A DNA stretch of 64,000 bases from Rhodosorus marinus CCMP1338 (Eukaryota > Plantae > Rhodophyta): the NCBI GenBank assembly GCA_029953675.1, contig JAMWBK010000002.1, positions 1,240,001-1,304,000 of the forward strand, in the 5' to 3' direction. Below the pieces are notes generated by a model, which was given only the letters and a program-made list of their open reading frames with translations, made no database searches and had not been told where the DNA came from. Shown in pieces: positions 62,643-64,000 of the stretch. Within the stretch, counting starts at the first letter, position 1; every line of letters begins with the position of its first letter. A program made the translations under genes and the position numbers.

Positions 62643-64000
62643 TAACGGTCTCTGCGCGCTCCTTGGTCGCTGGTGTGTTAAATTTCCGGCATCCAGACAT
62701 GGCATAGGAGTGAATTACCTCCAGAAAGTACGCGGTCTCGTTGAGGTAGACAAGTTTCCTCGGCCTATCCCTCACTATCTTGACGTCCAAGAATTCATCC
62801 ACCTCACCAAGGACCTTCATTTCATACAGTTCGTTGAGCACCATCTTCGCAACCGCTATGTCAGCTTTCCTACCGATAACCAACAGATCGTCCACGTAGA
62901 CAGCGACGATCGTAAGGTTCCGCCTGAAAACGCATCCGTCAGACCTCGTAGGCTCGAACCCATGGTTCGTGAGGTCGTGGGACCTTCGCTCTGGAGTCGG
63001 AACCCTTTAGCATGAAAAGTCCTCACCGAAAGTAGACTATAAGATAAATCAGGAATGTCATAAACGTCCTTCAGTACTAGATCCGCGCCTGAGCGTAAGG
63101 GGAAGATAATATCTCCCTTCCCAACGGCGGGACTTGACAAGTTGTTCCCGAAGTATATTGGGGTCAGTTCGATTTCCTTGTAAACGTGGAAATATCTCCG
63201 CTGGTTACAAACGTGGTCGGTGCAGCCGCTGTCGACCAAGAAGTTACTCTCGACAGGGCGAAGTTGCTTTCGCACCAAACTCGCTGCAACAAACTTCCCT
63301 GAGGGTACTCCCTCTTGAAGTGTCCCTCCTGCACCTCCAGCAGGGTCGGCCTCTCCCTAACCTGTGCCGTCAAGGCCCTCGTCTTCCGGGGCTTGTCTCT
63401 CGGCCTGCTTTCGAGCCCAATCACCCTCGAATAGCTCTCCAGCTCCCTCACAGTGTTCCCCCACCTGAGTGGATTCGAGGGTCGCCAATGAAGGTAGATG
63501 AACTCCTGGAAGGATTGCGATCCTTCCAAGGCGCTCCTCAGAATACGCTGCGTTTCATCACCTCTGGGCTCCTCTCGGGTAATCGCCGTGATCTCCGCGA
63601 ACTCATCCTCGAAGTAGTGAATGAGATCGCTCACGGACACCCCTAGCCGTAGGCGTCTGTGGTTAAGCCTCGTCCAGACGGCATCGGCAGATTCCCCCTT
63701 CCTGGAATCGTACCGATCCAGGAGGCTCAGCCAACACCGCCTGGGGTCCAGTTGCGCCCTCCCCATCGCAACGTCAAGCGCTGGGGCCTGCAGCGTGGAT
63801 GAGAGGACCGCCATTACAAACCTGGCTTCATCTCTCTGAATAAACGGATCATCAACCTGGCCCCCGTTGAGTTAATGCTCCTCATTCCCCGCGATGACAC
63901 CGGTGTAGCCGTGGAAGTTCAGGTACGCGAGCATCTGAACTTCCATCGGCCGAACGCCGACCTGTTCCCTTCTCTTCCGGAGAAGGGTTCAGGCATCCTC

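Larger units (their letters stand above)
59443..64000 (-). mobile_element. Degenerate Ty1/Copia LTR retrotransposon (gag, protease, partial RT, RNase H; integrase deleted), running off the window edge
   Basis: gag: GRWKFQMLAYL and a UBN2-like region. Protease: FLVDSGCTDHVC, LSYSLLSV. RT: AVYVDDLLVIG, PDIA..VGQL. RNase H: RSTTG, QSTTEAEY, YSDNNS, VADIFTKPL. There are multiple frameshifts and stops. Confidence 0.92.

Overview
Gene-dense eukaryotic nuclear DNA with short GT-AG introns (roughly 40-150 nt). Several genes carry plastid-type transit peptides with no signal peptide in front, so the source is inferred to be a primary-plastid alga, most likely a unicellular red alga; this is inference only. 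About 20 spliced protein genes can be reconstructed: BED-finger protein, C2H2 zinc-finger factor, DPM1, PTH2, Csm1/monopolin-like protein, SAMHD1-like dNTPase, bacterial-type RNase P protein, TM/coiled-coil/TPR protein, sepiapterin-reductase-like SDR, RPL38, URB2, Atp1/CGL160-like protein, CDC73, ABCB28, a GAF protein, GCP4 and a RING E3 ligase. There are also a frameshifted vWA pseudogene and a 101-bp MITE. The right end (about 59.4-64 kb) is a decayed, integrase-deleted Ty1/Copia element interrupted by a 5'-truncated, 5'-inverted CRE-clade (restriction-like endonuclease) non-LTR retrotransposon. The most interesting items are: an intronless secreted bacterial-architecture protein (PQQ/GSDH propeller, Big_5, NPCBM; 35831-39112), a nuclear RnpA with an altered RNR motif, and the nested retroelements. 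No rRNA, intact tRNA or CRISPR array was found. All calls come from manual translation and motif recognition; no database searches were run. Exon boundaries are approximate unless stated.
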